Below are positions 17,646-26,498 of a DNA stretch of 64,000 bases, one piece after another. This DNA is from Anaerolineae bacterium. Lineage in GTDB: Bacteria; Chloroflexota; Anaerolineae; Epilineales; JAHCIE01. Made by a program: the position numbers and the translations under genes. Numbering within the stretch: position 1 is the first letter of the stretch; every line of letters starts with the position of its first letter. Where the stretch lies: contig JAXLWJ010000031.1 of the NCBI GenBank assembly GCA_046328535.1, positions 109 to 64,108 on the forward strand. The letters run 5' to 3'. The notes below the pieces were generated by a model. It searched no databases. It saw nothing but the letters and a program-made list of their open reading frames with translations, and was not told the origin of the DNA.

Positions 17646-20354
17646 CTACGGCTGCGGGGCGCAGATCAGGCGGAACGTCGCCTCGTTGGAGATGAGGTTG
17701 TTCGGCGTGAGGATGTGCAGCCGCAGCCAGTGGTCGCCCTCAGCGCCCAACTCCCACGTGTCCCCAACCGTCTGCGCCCCGGCGCTGGAAAACGTGATCT
17801 GCTCCACAGGCGCGAGAGCGCCGTCGCTGCGCTCCCACTGATAGCGCACCACGCCCGCCCCGTTCGTCGAAATCGTGCCGCTGGCCGTGAACGTCGTCGG
17901 GCAGACGCGGCTGATAGGCGGCTCCACCGAAACCTTGGCGCTAACGACATCGAACGCGGGCGGCAGGACGATAGCGTAGATGCCATCCTCGGCGATAGGC
18001 GTCGTCACCCAGCCGCGGAACTCGGCGCCCTTCGGGCTGACCAGGCGCTCGGTGACCTGCCACTGGCCGCCGCCGCTCCCGCTGCGGACGAGATGGGCGA
18101 TGCGGAGCTGCGCGGCGCTGAAGCCGTGGCGCGCCAGGAGCTGCGGGTCGTAGGATAGGCTCAGCGTCGTGCCAGGCGGCAGCGGCATGTTGCCGCCCTC
18201 CGGCGGCCTGCGGTCCTGGAGCGCGACCTTCACGTCCAGCGGCAGGCCGAGGGTGCCGCCGACGCCGGCGGGCAGCTGGTCGAACAGGCGGTCGTTGGTG
18301 GCGGGCATGTACAGGACGGCGCTCGCGCCGCGAAAAGCGTCGAGGGGCGCGCTGACCGTCGCCAGACTGTCGTCGAGGGGGGCGAAGCCGGGCATATGGG
18401 CCGGGCCGACGCCGCCGGCCGCCTGGTACCAGCGCATCAGCGTCCCGGCGCTGCCCGCGTCAATGCGCAGGACGCCGTGGCGCGGCAGGGTGGCGTCGGC
18501 CGGGACGGTGTACGACGCCGTCCACGTCGCCCCTGACCCGGACATCGTCTGCCGACAGTCGCCGCACACCGGCGCGGCATCGGGCGCGACGAGGGTGATG
18601 TCCGGCGCGGATGGCAGCGAGACGCCGGCGTCCAGGCTGATGTTCACGCGGCGCACCTGGGGGCCGTTGAGGTCGAAGGTCACGTTGAGGCTCGGCCGCC
18701 ACGGCGAGTTGGACAGCTTCAGCACGTCGCCGTCCTTGACCGGGTCCGGTGTGTCGCCGGGCGCGGGGTAGACGTAGTGTCGCGCCACCGTCGTGCCGCC
18801 GCCGGACACATACTGGTCGGCGTAGACGTAGGCTTGCGCCTTCTCGCCGAGGCCGAGCAGGGCGATGCGGCCGAGGTTGGTCGGGTCGCCGCCCGCCCCC
18901 TGCGGCTGACCCTGGTAGACGATCGCGGGCGAGTCGGGATCCGGGACGACGTACACCTGGGCCAGCCCGATGCTCGCCGCCGAACCGCCGCCCGGCAGAT
19001 GCACCTCGACCATCGCGTCCGACGCCTGCGGCGCGCCGGGGGCCACGGCGCGGCGCGCACTGGCGCGGAGGTCCGGCGGCGCGAGGGAGAGCAGCGGCAG
19101 GGCGACGCGGAACGCTGGCTCGGTGTCGAACAGGGCCTCGGCGATGGACGAGGGGGACACGGGGTCGAGGCGCGCCGGCGCCCGCAGCCACTCCGGCGAC
19201 AGGCCCTGGATGGCGGACCACCGCTCCAGCGTGCTCCAATCGGCCTCGCCGTTCACCTGGTCCTGATCGGTGTTGACGCACGGCGGCGGCGGGACCGGGG
19301 TGCCGCCCACGCTGCCATTCTGCAACGGATGCCAGAACTCGCCGGCGGTGTACTGGAACGCCATCAGGGACGCCGCCTCCGACGGGGAGACACCGGCGCA
19401 CACGGTCGGTGGCGTCGGCGTGCCGGGCGCGGGCGTCGCGCCGACCAGCGGCAGATCGCTGCACGTGCAGTACGTCGCCGGGCCACCCGACTGGCGGTAC
19501 TCATCGTAGAGGAAGAGGGCGTAGTGCGCCCACTCGTGAACCAGGGTACGGTAGCCGTCGGGGTAGGACCAGCGGCCGCCGTCCATGTCCGCCGCCCGCT
19601 CGCCGTCCCACGCTCGGCCCAGGAAGATTTCGGCAGGGGCGTAGAGGGTGCGGACGCCCTTCGGCGAGGTGTAGGTGGTGAGCTTCGGCACGATGCCGCC
19701 GACATACGCGGCGGGCATGAAGTCGTTGGCGGCCAGGACGCGGATGTCCGCGCCGTCCCACGCCTCGGCGTTGGTGTGAATCTCGACCTTGCCGAACGCC
19801 ATCTGGCCGGCCGACGCGGTGTAGAGGTAGGCCGACGCCTGGCGCAGCGCCTCGCGCATCGTGTCGAGATAGTCGGACGACGACGGCTGCCACTCCAGGC
19901 TGACGACGACGCGGAAGAGAACGAGCGGGTGGTGGGCGCTGAGCTTGATGTCGCCGTTGGCCGCTGTCGGCGCGCTCGCGCCGGGCGCCCAGCTCGTGGC
20001 GTAGACATCGTAGGCGACGCCGTGGCCCGGCTTGTTCGTGTCCTGGCTGCCGAGCCTGGTGAGCGCGGCGAGGGCGTCACACGGGATGGGCAGGTTCTGC
20101 GGGTGGCCGTCGCCGTCGGTGGTCGTCGGGATGTCGGAGGTCAGGCGATAGCCGGTGAGGGTCTCGGTGTAGCACAGGACGCGCAGCGGCGCGCTGGCGA
20201 GGGGGGTGTCGGCGTCGTCCACGAAGCGCAGCGGCGCGTCGGCGGCGGCGGCGCGGGGCGGGGTGGGCGAGAGGGGGGCGTCGGGCGAGGTGATCCCGAG
20301 GGCGGCAAGAGCGCCGGCCGCCAGAAGAACGAGCAATAGCCACCTGTTGCGCAT
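17646..20354 (-). CDS. large secreted protein with HExxH...DEY zinc-metalloprotease-like motif
   Basis: Signal MRNRWLLLVLLAAGALAAL; LVHEWAHYALFLYDEY resembles M64/M6-type HExxH-x(n)-DEY; rest unassigned. Confidence 0.6.
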   Translation of the reverse strand: MRNRWLLLVLLAAGALAALGITSPDAPLSPTPPRAAAADAPLRFVDDADTPLASAPLRVLCYTETLTGYRLTSDIPTTTDGDGHPQNLPIPCDALAALTRLGSQDTNKPGHGVAYDVYATSWAPGASAPTAANGDIKLSAHHPLVLFRVVVSLEWQPSSSDYLDTMREALRQASAYLYTASAGQMAFGKVEIHTNAEAWDGADIRVLAANDFMPAAYVGGIVPKLTTYTSPKGVRTLYAPAEIFLGRAWDGERAADMDGGRWSYPDGYRTLVHEWAHYALFLYDEYRQSGGPATYCTCSDLPLVGATPAPGTPTPPTVCAGVSPSEAASLMAFQYTAGEFWHPLQNGSVGGTPVPPPPCVNTDQDQVNGEADWSTLERWSAIQGLSPEWLRAPARLDPVSPSSIAEALFDTEPAFRVALPLLSLAPPDLRASARRAVAPGAPQASDAMVEVHLPGGGSAASIGLAQVYVVPDPDSPAIVYQGQPQGAGGDPTNLGRIALLGLGEKAQAYVYADQYVSGGGTTVARHYVYPAPGDTPDPVKDGDVLKLSNSPWRPSLNVTFDLNGPQVRRVNISLDAGVSLPSAPDITLVAPDAAPVCGDCRQTMSGSGATWTASYTVPADATLPRHGVLRIDAGSAGTLMRWYQAAGGVGPAHMPGFAPLDDSLATVSAPLDAFRGASAVLYMPATNDRLFDQLPAGVGGTLGLPLDVKVALQDRRPPEGGNMPLPPGTTLSLSYDPQLLARHGFSAAQLRIAHLVRSGSGGGQWQVTERLVSPKGAEFRGWVTTPIAEDGIYAIVLPPAFDVVSAKVSVEPPISRVCPTTFTASGTISTNGAGVVRYQWERSDGALAPVEQITFSSAGAQTVGDTWELGAEGDHWLRLHILTPNNLISNEATFRLICAPQP

Positions 20355-20495
20355 GGGATACCTCCAGGGTCATCGCGCGTGAAGGCGCCAGGGCGGCGCG
20401 CTCCTGAGTGGGGGACGCAGAGCGGCGGCGAACGCTTTCCATAGATTGTATCACACCCGCGCAAGGGGCTGGGGAGGCGCCCACGGAACCCGCTG

Positions 20496-20589
20496 TCAAC
20501 GGATGGGAACGGATCAACGGATACTGACACATCGCCAGACAGCCCCCGCAAGGCGAGACTATCCGTTTATCCGTTCCACCATCCGTTGA
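20496..20589. repeat. family-W word-stutter hairpin (AACGGAT words)
   Basis: TCAACGGATGGGAACGGATCAACGGATA ... TATCCGTTTATCCGTTCCACCATCCGTTGA. Confidence 0.75.
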
Positions 20590-20622
20590 CCGATGGCATG
20601 ACAGCTCAGGCGCTGCGTCTGC

Positions 20623-20712
20623 GGACTACGAAGGTCACGAATGGCGCGAAAGGCGCACGGAGGGCGGCTCTTTTTTCGCGTCTTTCGCGTCGTTTTCGCG
20701 CCTTTCGTGGTC
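20623..20712. repeat. family-W word-stutter hairpin (CGAAAGG words)
   Basis: GGACTACGAAGGTCACGAATGGCGCGAAAGGCGC ... TTTTCGCGTCTTTCGCGTCGTTTTCGCGCCTTTCGTGGTCC; related to 5979-6040. Confidence 0.75.
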
Positions 20713-20743
20713 CAACAGGTTCCCTTTGCGCCGTGGCGTTGCC

Positions 20744-22195
20744 CTACTCCTGGTCGGGGCGGTCGAGGAAGTCGCGGACGCGCTCCATGTAGGCGGTGCG
20801 GTCGTGGGCGGCGAACATCGCGCCGGCCATGCGCACCGGGTCCCCGAAGAAGAAGCGCTCGTACAGCACCTGGCGCGCGCCGAACGCCGACGCCGCCACG
20901 TCCCACGCCAGGTGGAACAGCTTGAGGCGCTCGCGGGCGTCGGCCCGCGCCGCCTGGAAGTACCTGTCCACCAGCGGCGCGAGCGCCGGGTTCTGGAGGT
21001 CAGCCGCGGTCGGCAGGGCCATCAGGCCGCTGGCCGAGAGGAGCTGGATGATCTCGACCATGCGCGGGTAGAGGCGGGGGAACATGTTACGCGCTGCGTC
21101 GAGGGGCGGCCACGCCGGCGTCATGACGCCCCAGCGGTCCAGCTCGGCGTCGGCCTCGGCGGCGCGGGCGAAGGCTCGCATGGCCTCCAGGTCCACGATG
21201 ATCTCGGCGATCTTCTCCTGGACGTGCTGGAAGCCCTCGATGCCGATGGTGTGGACGATGAGGGAGGCCAGGCCGAGGATGAACTCCGTCTTGGCGATGT
21301 TCTTGGTGACGACCTGGTGCGACATGTGGACGACGGCGTTGGAGACGGCGAAGGCGCGGTTGCAGCGCGCCACGTCGTGGTAGAGGAAGACGCGCTCCCA
21401 CGGCACAAGGACGTCGTCGAACACGGCGACGGCGTCCATCTCCTCGAAGCGCGCGCCGAGCGGGTGGTCGAACACGGAGCGGTCGTAGTCGAAGCTCTCG
21501 CGGCAGATGAACTTCAGGCCCGGCGTGGCGCACGGGAGGGCGAAGGCGAAGGCATACGGCGCGTCTTCCTGGGTCGCCTTGAGCAAGGTGGAGGGGAAGA
21601 CGAGGATCTCGTCGGCGATGGGCAGGGTCGCCATCATGCGCGCGCCGCGGACGATGAAGCCAGCGTCCGTCTCCTTGACGACGCGGGCGGCCAGGTAAGG
21701 GTCGGCCTGCTGCGCCGGGCCGACGGCGCGGTTGGCCTGGGGGTTGATGAGGGAGTGGGTCAGGGTCAGGTCGTTCTCGCGGACGTAGTCGTAGTAGGCG
21801 CGGATGTGTTCGCCGTGGCGCGGGTCGTTCTCGGCCATGTAGTCGGCGGCGGCGGCGTAGGCCATCACGGCGCGGTTGAGGTAGTCGGGCGAGCGGCCGA
21901 GCATCCCGCCGGAGGCGTCGGCCCAGCGCTTCATCATGGCCCGCACGCGGGGCAGGTCGTCGCGGGTGCGGGGCGTCAGATGGGACAGGCCGACGCGCGC
22001 GCCGCTGGTCGGGGAGGTGTAGGTCATGTCGTCGAGGTGGGCGCACTGGATGTCGTAGAGGTCGGCGAGGCTGCGCGCGCCGCGGCGGAAGGCGGGGTGC
22101 GTGGTCACATCCTCGACCAGCGCGCCCTGGTAGTAGATTTCCCTGGGAGTATTCCGCAGCCGCTCGATGACCTGCTCGCCACTCCGTGCGCCCAT
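20744..22195 (-). CDS. 4-hydroxyphenylacetate 3-monooxygenase oxygenase-component family (HpaB-like) flavin monooxygenase
   Basis: MGARSGEQVIERLRNTPREIYYQGALVEDVTTHPAFR...; full-length HpaB/4-BUDH-family similarity by eye. Confidence 0.7.
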   Translation of the reverse strand: MGARSGEQVIERLRNTPREIYYQGALVEDVTTHPAFRRGARSLADLYDIQCAHLDDMTYTSPTSGARVGLSHLTPRTRDDLPRVRAMMKRWADASGGMLGRSPDYLNRAVMAYAAAADYMAENDPRHGEHIRAYYDYVRENDLTLTHSLINPQANRAVGPAQQADPYLAARVVKETDAGFIVRGARMMATLPIADEILVFPSTLLKATQEDAPYAFAFALPCATPGLKFICRESFDYDRSVFDHPLGARFEEMDAVAVFDDVLVPWERVFLYHDVARCNRAFAVSNAVVHMSHQVVTKNIAKTEFILGLASLIVHTIGIEGFQHVQEKIAEIIVDLEAMRAFARAAEADAELDRWGVMTPAWPPLDAARNMFPRLYPRMVEIIQLLSASGLMALPTAADLQNPALAPLVDRYFQAARADARERLKLFHLAWDVAASAFGARQVLYERFFFGDPVRMAGAMFAAHDRTAYMERVRDFLDRPDQE

Positions 22196-22286
22196 ATTCA
22201 AACCTCTTACTCGGATAAACCGTCGCCGTCGCCGCCGACTCAAGTCGGCGGCTGAGTACACAAAGCCTGCTGATGAGGATCAACTA

Positions 22287-22386
22287 ATTATTGCCGCATT
22301 CCGCTCGCGGTGGAGTGCCAACTCCACCGCCCTTATCGGAGGCGCTGGAGAGCCATCTCCAGCGCCAGCTCGATTACGGCAATAAT
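22287..22386. repeat. about 100-bp composite element with terminal IR ATTATTGCCG/CGGCAATAAT, inner hairpin GCGGTGGAGT-gcca-ACTCCACCGC and a family-L palindrome
   Basis: Read directly; family-L core GGCGCTGGAGAGCCATCTCCAGCGCC at 22341-22366. Confidence 0.65.
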
Positions 22387-22596
22387 TACGCAAGGTTCAT
22401 AAGCAGGCTGCTTCTGAAGCGCCATCCCCCAAGCCTGCCTCGGCAGGCTTCGCCCTATCAGGCTCAGACTTCGAGTCTGAGCCGCCGCTGGACGAGAGCG
22501 TCGCACATCGTTGGCTGCGCCACGCCCAGGTGTCTTGACCGGGCGCGACGAGCCACCCGTCGAATTCCTGGACGACCGCAACATCCTCCCGTAACC

Positions 22597-23025
22597 CTAC
22601 AAATCCGGCGCGGTGATGCCGTCGCCCTGGAGCAGCACGTACATCGGCACGTTGTCGCCCTTCCACGTGTCCACGCCGGAGCGAAAGATGCCCATGAGCG
22701 TGCGCCAGTTGCCGGGGTGCTGGCGGGCGAACTTGTCAGCGTCGGTGTAGAGGATGACGTAGCCGGGCGCTTTCGCCCACCCCAGATCGCGGATCGCCTC
22801 CTCGAATGCGTCCCAGTTGGCCGCGACGTAGCTCGGAAAGCCCATCGCCTGGCTGGCGGTCTTGAGAAACGTCGCCTTGTCGGTGACCTGGCTGCCGTCA
22901 ATCTCGAAGAGACGCCAGCCCTGCTCGGCGGCCGCGCGGCGCAGGGCATCGGGCGTGACCGCCTCGGGCAGGTTGTAGATGCCGGCCGGGCGCCGACCGG
23001 AGAACATGGCCGCCAGGTCGCTCAT
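22597..23025 (-). CDS. barstar-family RNase inhibitor
   Basis: ...IDGSQVTDKATFLKTASQAMGFPSYVAANWDAFEEAIRDL...: barstar core (G.NWDAl.D.l.dL). Confidence 0.8.
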   Translation of the reverse strand: MSDLAAMFSGRRPAGIYNLPEAVTPDALRRAAAEQGWRLFEIDGSQVTDKATFLKTASQAMGFPSYVAANWDAFEEAIRDLGWAKAPGYVILYTDADKFARQHPGNWRTLMGIFRSGVDTWKGDNVPMYVLLQGDGITAPDL

Positions 23026-23555
23026 TTGACTACCCTCACAAATGTGTCGTAGTGATCGTCGGTGTAGTAGATTTCGCCGTTCTTCCCGGTGATGATGCGC
23101 CGCGCGCCACGGTCCGCTGAGCCGGGCGTCTCGACGGTGTACTCGTGATAGTAGCCAGACGGCTTGCTCGGCAGCCGTCCCTCGCGGTTCTCGAACACGA
23201 TGCCGTCGCGCGAGTAGGGGAACGGCCCGCCCTTCTCGATGAGGGCGAGGGTCTTGCGCGCCTCCGGCGGCAGGTCATTGGGGCTGACGACCTTCAGCCC
23301 GTCCATCGTCTTGGCGGCGACGGTCGGGGTCGGGGCGGCCTGGCGCGTGGCGGTGGGTTTGGGCTTCGCCGCCTCGGGCGCGCTCGTGGCGGCGGCCTGG
23401 CCTATGGTGGCGACCGTCGGCGCGGCGACCCCCGTTGCTGTGTTTGCGCTCCCGCCGCCGCAGCCGACGGCGGCGACGACCAGCAAGAGCAGCAGGGTGA
23501 TGAGCGATGCCCGCCTGGCCCAGGTGAGGGCGGAGAGCGATGAGAGTCCAGGCAT
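23022..23555 (-). CDS. secreted guanyl-specific ribonuclease (barnase/RNase Sa family), lipoprotein-type signal
   Basis: Signal + VAAVGCGGGS lipobox; LPPEARKTLALIEKGGPFPYSRDGIVFENREGRLPSKPSGYYHEYTVETPG...RGARRII... matches RNase Sa/N1 catalytic core; 4-bp overlap with barstar gene. Confidence 0.85.
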   Translation of the reverse strand: MPGLSSLSALTWARRASLITLLLLLVVAAVGCGGGSANTATGVAAPTVATIGQAAATSAPEAAKPKPTATRQAAPTPTVAAKTMDGLKVVSPNDLPPEARKTLALIEKGGPFPYSRDGIVFENREGRLPSKPSGYYHEYTVETPGSADRGARRIITGKNGEIYYTDDHYDTFVRVVK

Positions 23556-23785
23556 GGGTCCTTCCTTAATCTGGATGTGACAGTCGCGGCAACACCGCAC
23601 GCTGACCTGAATTCCTCCAGGCTTTTGAATTGTATGTCAACGTGAACGATTCCTCAAGGCCGCGTGACATCGGGGTTCGGGTACGGTATAATGTGGGTGG
23701 CCGCACAGGAGCGGCCTGTATCGGTTGGCCGTCCCACCCACCACCACTGCGCCCTGCTGCCTGAAGGGAAGGAGGCTCGTTCACC

Positions 23786-24799
23786 ATGAAAGTCATCCGT
23801 TGGCTCGCGCCCCTCGTGGCGCTATTTTTGCTTTGCACTGCCGCCGCGCCGGGGCTTGTCTCCGCGCAAGGCTCGATTCAGATCAACCGGCCCGAAGCCG
23901 GCAGCGTCGTCACCTCGCCGCTGCGTGTCACCGGCTACACCGCCGCCCCCACCGACTCGATGAACTTCACCGTCGTCGGCGTCGTGTCGGGCCAGCTCGG
24001 ATCGGGCAGTTTCCCCGTCAAAAGCCCCTTTGATCCGCCGTTCGATTTCACCGGCACGGTCACGTTTGACACGCCGCAGCCCGGCGAAACGCTCATCATC
24101 ACGTTGTCGGGCGGCGACGGCTCGACCGCCTCGGTCAACGTGGTTGGGCCTGGGACAGCGCCGGTCGTCGCGCAGTCCATCGTGATTACCTCGCCCCCGA
24201 ACGGCACGCAGGTCGGCAGCCCGGTCACGCTCACCGGCTTCACCACGAGCTTCCCGCCCGGCGGCCTGCTCAACTTCGCCATCACGAGCGCAGCCGGCGT
24301 TCCCCTCGGCCAGGGCGTGTTCCCGGTGCAGCCGGCAGGCGCTGGCTCCACGTGGGCGGCCTCGCTCCAGTTCCAGGCGCCGGCCGGCGGCGGAGACATC
24401 ACGGCGACGGTGTTCCAGACGAACCCGGCGACCGGGCAGACCGTCGCCAGCTCCGCCGTGGCGCTGACCACTGAGGCCCCGGCGGCCGGCCAGGTCATCG
24501 TCATCACGTCGCCGCCGCCTGGCGCCACGGTCGGCAGCCCGATGACCGTGACCGGCTTCACGACCCAGTACCCGGTGAACGGCGTGCTGGCCTTCGTCGT
24601 GCGTCAGGCGAACGGCAATATCATCGGCAGCGGGACGTTCCCGGTGACACCCCTGGGAGGCGGCTCGACGTTCGTCGGCTCCGTCACCTTCGCCGTCCCG
24701 GCGACGGGCCAACCCCTCACCGTGACATTGGCCGACTACAACTTCGCGGCGGCGCAGGTCGTCGCCCGCACCGATCTGCCCGTCACGACAGCGCGCTAG
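23786..24799 (+). CDS. secreted protein with 3 Gmad2-type Ig-like repeats
   Basis: Signal peptide; three about 100-aa repeats I.I..P..G..V.SP..VTG.T......L.F......G. Confidence 0.7.
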   Translation: MKVIRWLAPLVALFLLCTAAAPGLVSAQGSIQINRPEAGSVVTSPLRVTGYTAAPTDSMNFTVVGVVSGQLGSGSFPVKSPFDPPFDFTGTVTFDTPQPGETLIITLSGGDGSTASVNVVGPGTAPVVAQSIVITSPPNGTQVGSPVTLTGFTTSFPPGGLLNFAITSAAGVPLGQGVFPVQPAGAGSTWAASLQFQAPAGGGDITATVFQTNPATGQTVASSAVALTTEAPAAGQVIVITSPPPGATVGSPMTVTGFTTQYPVNGVLAFVVRQANGNIIGSGTFPVTPLGGGSTFVGSVTFAVPATGQPLTVTLADYNFAAAQVVARTDLPVTTAR

Positions 24800-24977
24800 T
24801 GCAAGGACAACGGACCTGATAGGCTAGCCAGGCTCGCCTGACCGTAGAACGGTCAGGCTACGGCGTGCAAGCCTGAGAGGCTACCTCTCAGCCCCTCGGG
24901 CTTCCATCCAGTAGCGCGACGCTTCGAGCGTCGCGCGGGCGCACGATGCCGAATATGTCCTCTGACTATGCGCTAGG
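24797..24977 (+). repeat. family-S structured element, copy A (candidate ncRNA/MITE)
   Basis: Starts at the TAG stop of the upstream gene; multi-hairpin; about 88% similar by eye to copy B. Confidence 0.8.
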
Positions 24978-24990
24978 GGTTTATTGCACA

Positions 24991-25055
24991 GTCGCCCTGA
25001 GCGGAGCGAAGGGCCTCCGAAGCGTCGGGGGATGCTTGGCTCTGCTCAGCATGAC
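24991..25055. repeat. family-G double unit (GTC-stem-GAGCG.AGCGA-stem)
   Basis: GTCGCCCTGAGCGGAGCGAAGGGCC (+) and GATGCTTGGCTCTGCTCAGCATGAC (inverted unit). Confidence 0.75.
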
Positions 25056-25088
25056 GGCCGAAGCCCGTTTTCAACGAAGGAGATGCCT

Positions 25089-26498
25089 ATGCGCCTACGT
25101 ATCGGCCTGGTGTTGCTCATCCTGAGCCTGGTGGCGGTCGCCGCGCTGCCCAACATCGCCGCCGCTCAGCCGTCCGTTCAGATCACTCAGCCCCAGGCCG
25201 GCGCCGAAGTGACCAGCCCTGTGCTCGTCAGCGGCGCGACCTCGGAGCCAACCGATAGCCTGAACTTCAGTGTCCGCGGCGCGCTTTCGGGCGACCTCGG
25301 GTCGGGGAGTTTCCCGGTCAAAAGCCCGGCGGATCCGCCGTTCGATTTCTCGGCGCGGATTAGTTTCAACACGCCCCGGCCAGGCGAGGCGCTGTTCATC
25401 AGCGTCTGGGCGGATGGCGGCCCGACCGCCACGGTGGCCGTCGTCGCGCCCGGCGCCCCGCCCCCGCCGGCCCCGCAGCAGATTATCATCACCTCGCCGC
25501 CGTCGGGGACGACGGTGGGCAGCCCGGTGACCATCACCGGCACGACGGCGCGCATGCCGGCGTCGGGCGGCCTGACCTTTGCGGTCACCAACGCCCAGGG
25601 CGCGACCATCTCGCAAGGCGGCATCCCGGTGGCCGCGTCGGGGAGCGGCGGCGCGTTCGTCGCCTCCATCAGCTTCCCGATCCCGCCGCAGGGCGGCATC
25701 GTCCGCGTCACGTTGACGGACATCAACCCGGCGACGGGCGCGGTTGACGCCAGCAGCAGCATTGACCTGTTCACCCAGGGAACCGTGCCGACCGCCGTGC
25801 CGCCGCCGCCGCCACCCACCGGCCCGACGCCGGCGCCGCCCCAGGAGCCGCAGCAAATCGTGATCGAGTCGCCACTGCCGGGCGCCTCGGTCACCAGCCC
25901 CATGACGCTGAGCGGCTACAGCATTGTGTTCCCGATCAACGGCACGCTGAACTACACCCTCGCCACGCAGCAGGGCGTCGCCCTCGCGTCCGGCACGTTC
26001 GAGGTGCAGACGACGGGGCAGCGGGTGCAGTTCGTCCCGTTCACCTTCAACACGCAGATTGCGTTCAGCGCCGCGGCGGGGACGCCGATGGTATTGACGG
26101 TGTTCGACCAGAACCCCGACACCGGCGCGATCCCGATGTCGGTCGGCGTCAATCTCGTCGTTGCTGGCGGCGCTCCATCCGGCTCGATTGTCGGCCTGAC
26201 CATTGACTCGCCGCCGGCCAACGCCAACGTGACATTGCCGGGGGCGGTGGTCGGACGCACGGACCTGTACCCCAATGGCGGGAACCTCAATTTCCGCGTG
26301 CTGAACGGCGCCGGCCAGACCCTGGTTGACGGCACGATCCCCGTGCGGGCGTCCTATCTCCAGCCGGTCGCGTGGAACGCCAACTTCAACTACTCGACGT
26401 TCACCGGGCCGGTGGTTTTCCAGGTGTGGGCGCTCAACCCGACGACGGGCGAGGTCATGGCCTCAGTCTCGCGCGTCTACTTCGTCGGCGGCCAGTAA
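25089..26498 (+). CDS. secreted protein with 5 Gmad2-type Ig-like repeats (paralogue of 23786-24799)
   Basis: GAAGGAG RBS; signal MRLRIGLVLLILSLVAVAALPNIAAAQ; first repeat near-identical in parts to paralogue (SGSFPVKSP.DPPFDF). Confidence 0.7.
   Translation: MRLRIGLVLLILSLVAVAALPNIAAAQPSVQITQPQAGAEVTSPVLVSGATSEPTDSLNFSVRGALSGDLGSGSFPVKSPADPPFDFSARISFNTPRPGEALFISVWADGGPTATVAVVAPGAPPPPAPQQIIITSPPSGTTVGSPVTITGTTARMPASGGLTFAVTNAQGATISQGGIPVAASGSGGAFVASISFPIPPQGGIVRVTLTDINPATGAVDASSSIDLFTQGTVPTAVPPPPPPTGPTPAPPQEPQQIVIESPLPGASVTSPMTLSGYSIVFPINGTLNYTLATQQGVALASGTFEVQTTGQRVQFVPFTFNTQIAFSAAAGTPMVLTVFDQNPDTGAIPMSVGVNLVVAGGAPSGSIVGLTIDSPPANANVTLPGAVVGRTDLYPNGGNLNFRVLNGAGQTLVDGTIPVRASYLQPVAWNANFNYSTFTGPVVFQVWALNPTTGEVMASVSRVYFVGGQ

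Noticed and set aside
18777-22283. Antisense ORFs 18777-20339, 20726-22255 and 21087-22283
   Set aside because: Composition-driven (R/G/A/D/V-rich) frames overlapping well-supported genes (metalloprotease-like, HpaB-like).
24984-25088. N-terminal extension MHSRPERSEGPPKRRGMLGSAQHD... of the second Gmad2 gene
   Set aside because: The extension is encoded by a family-G repeat. A GAAGGAG RBS and a signal peptide begin at ATG 25089.
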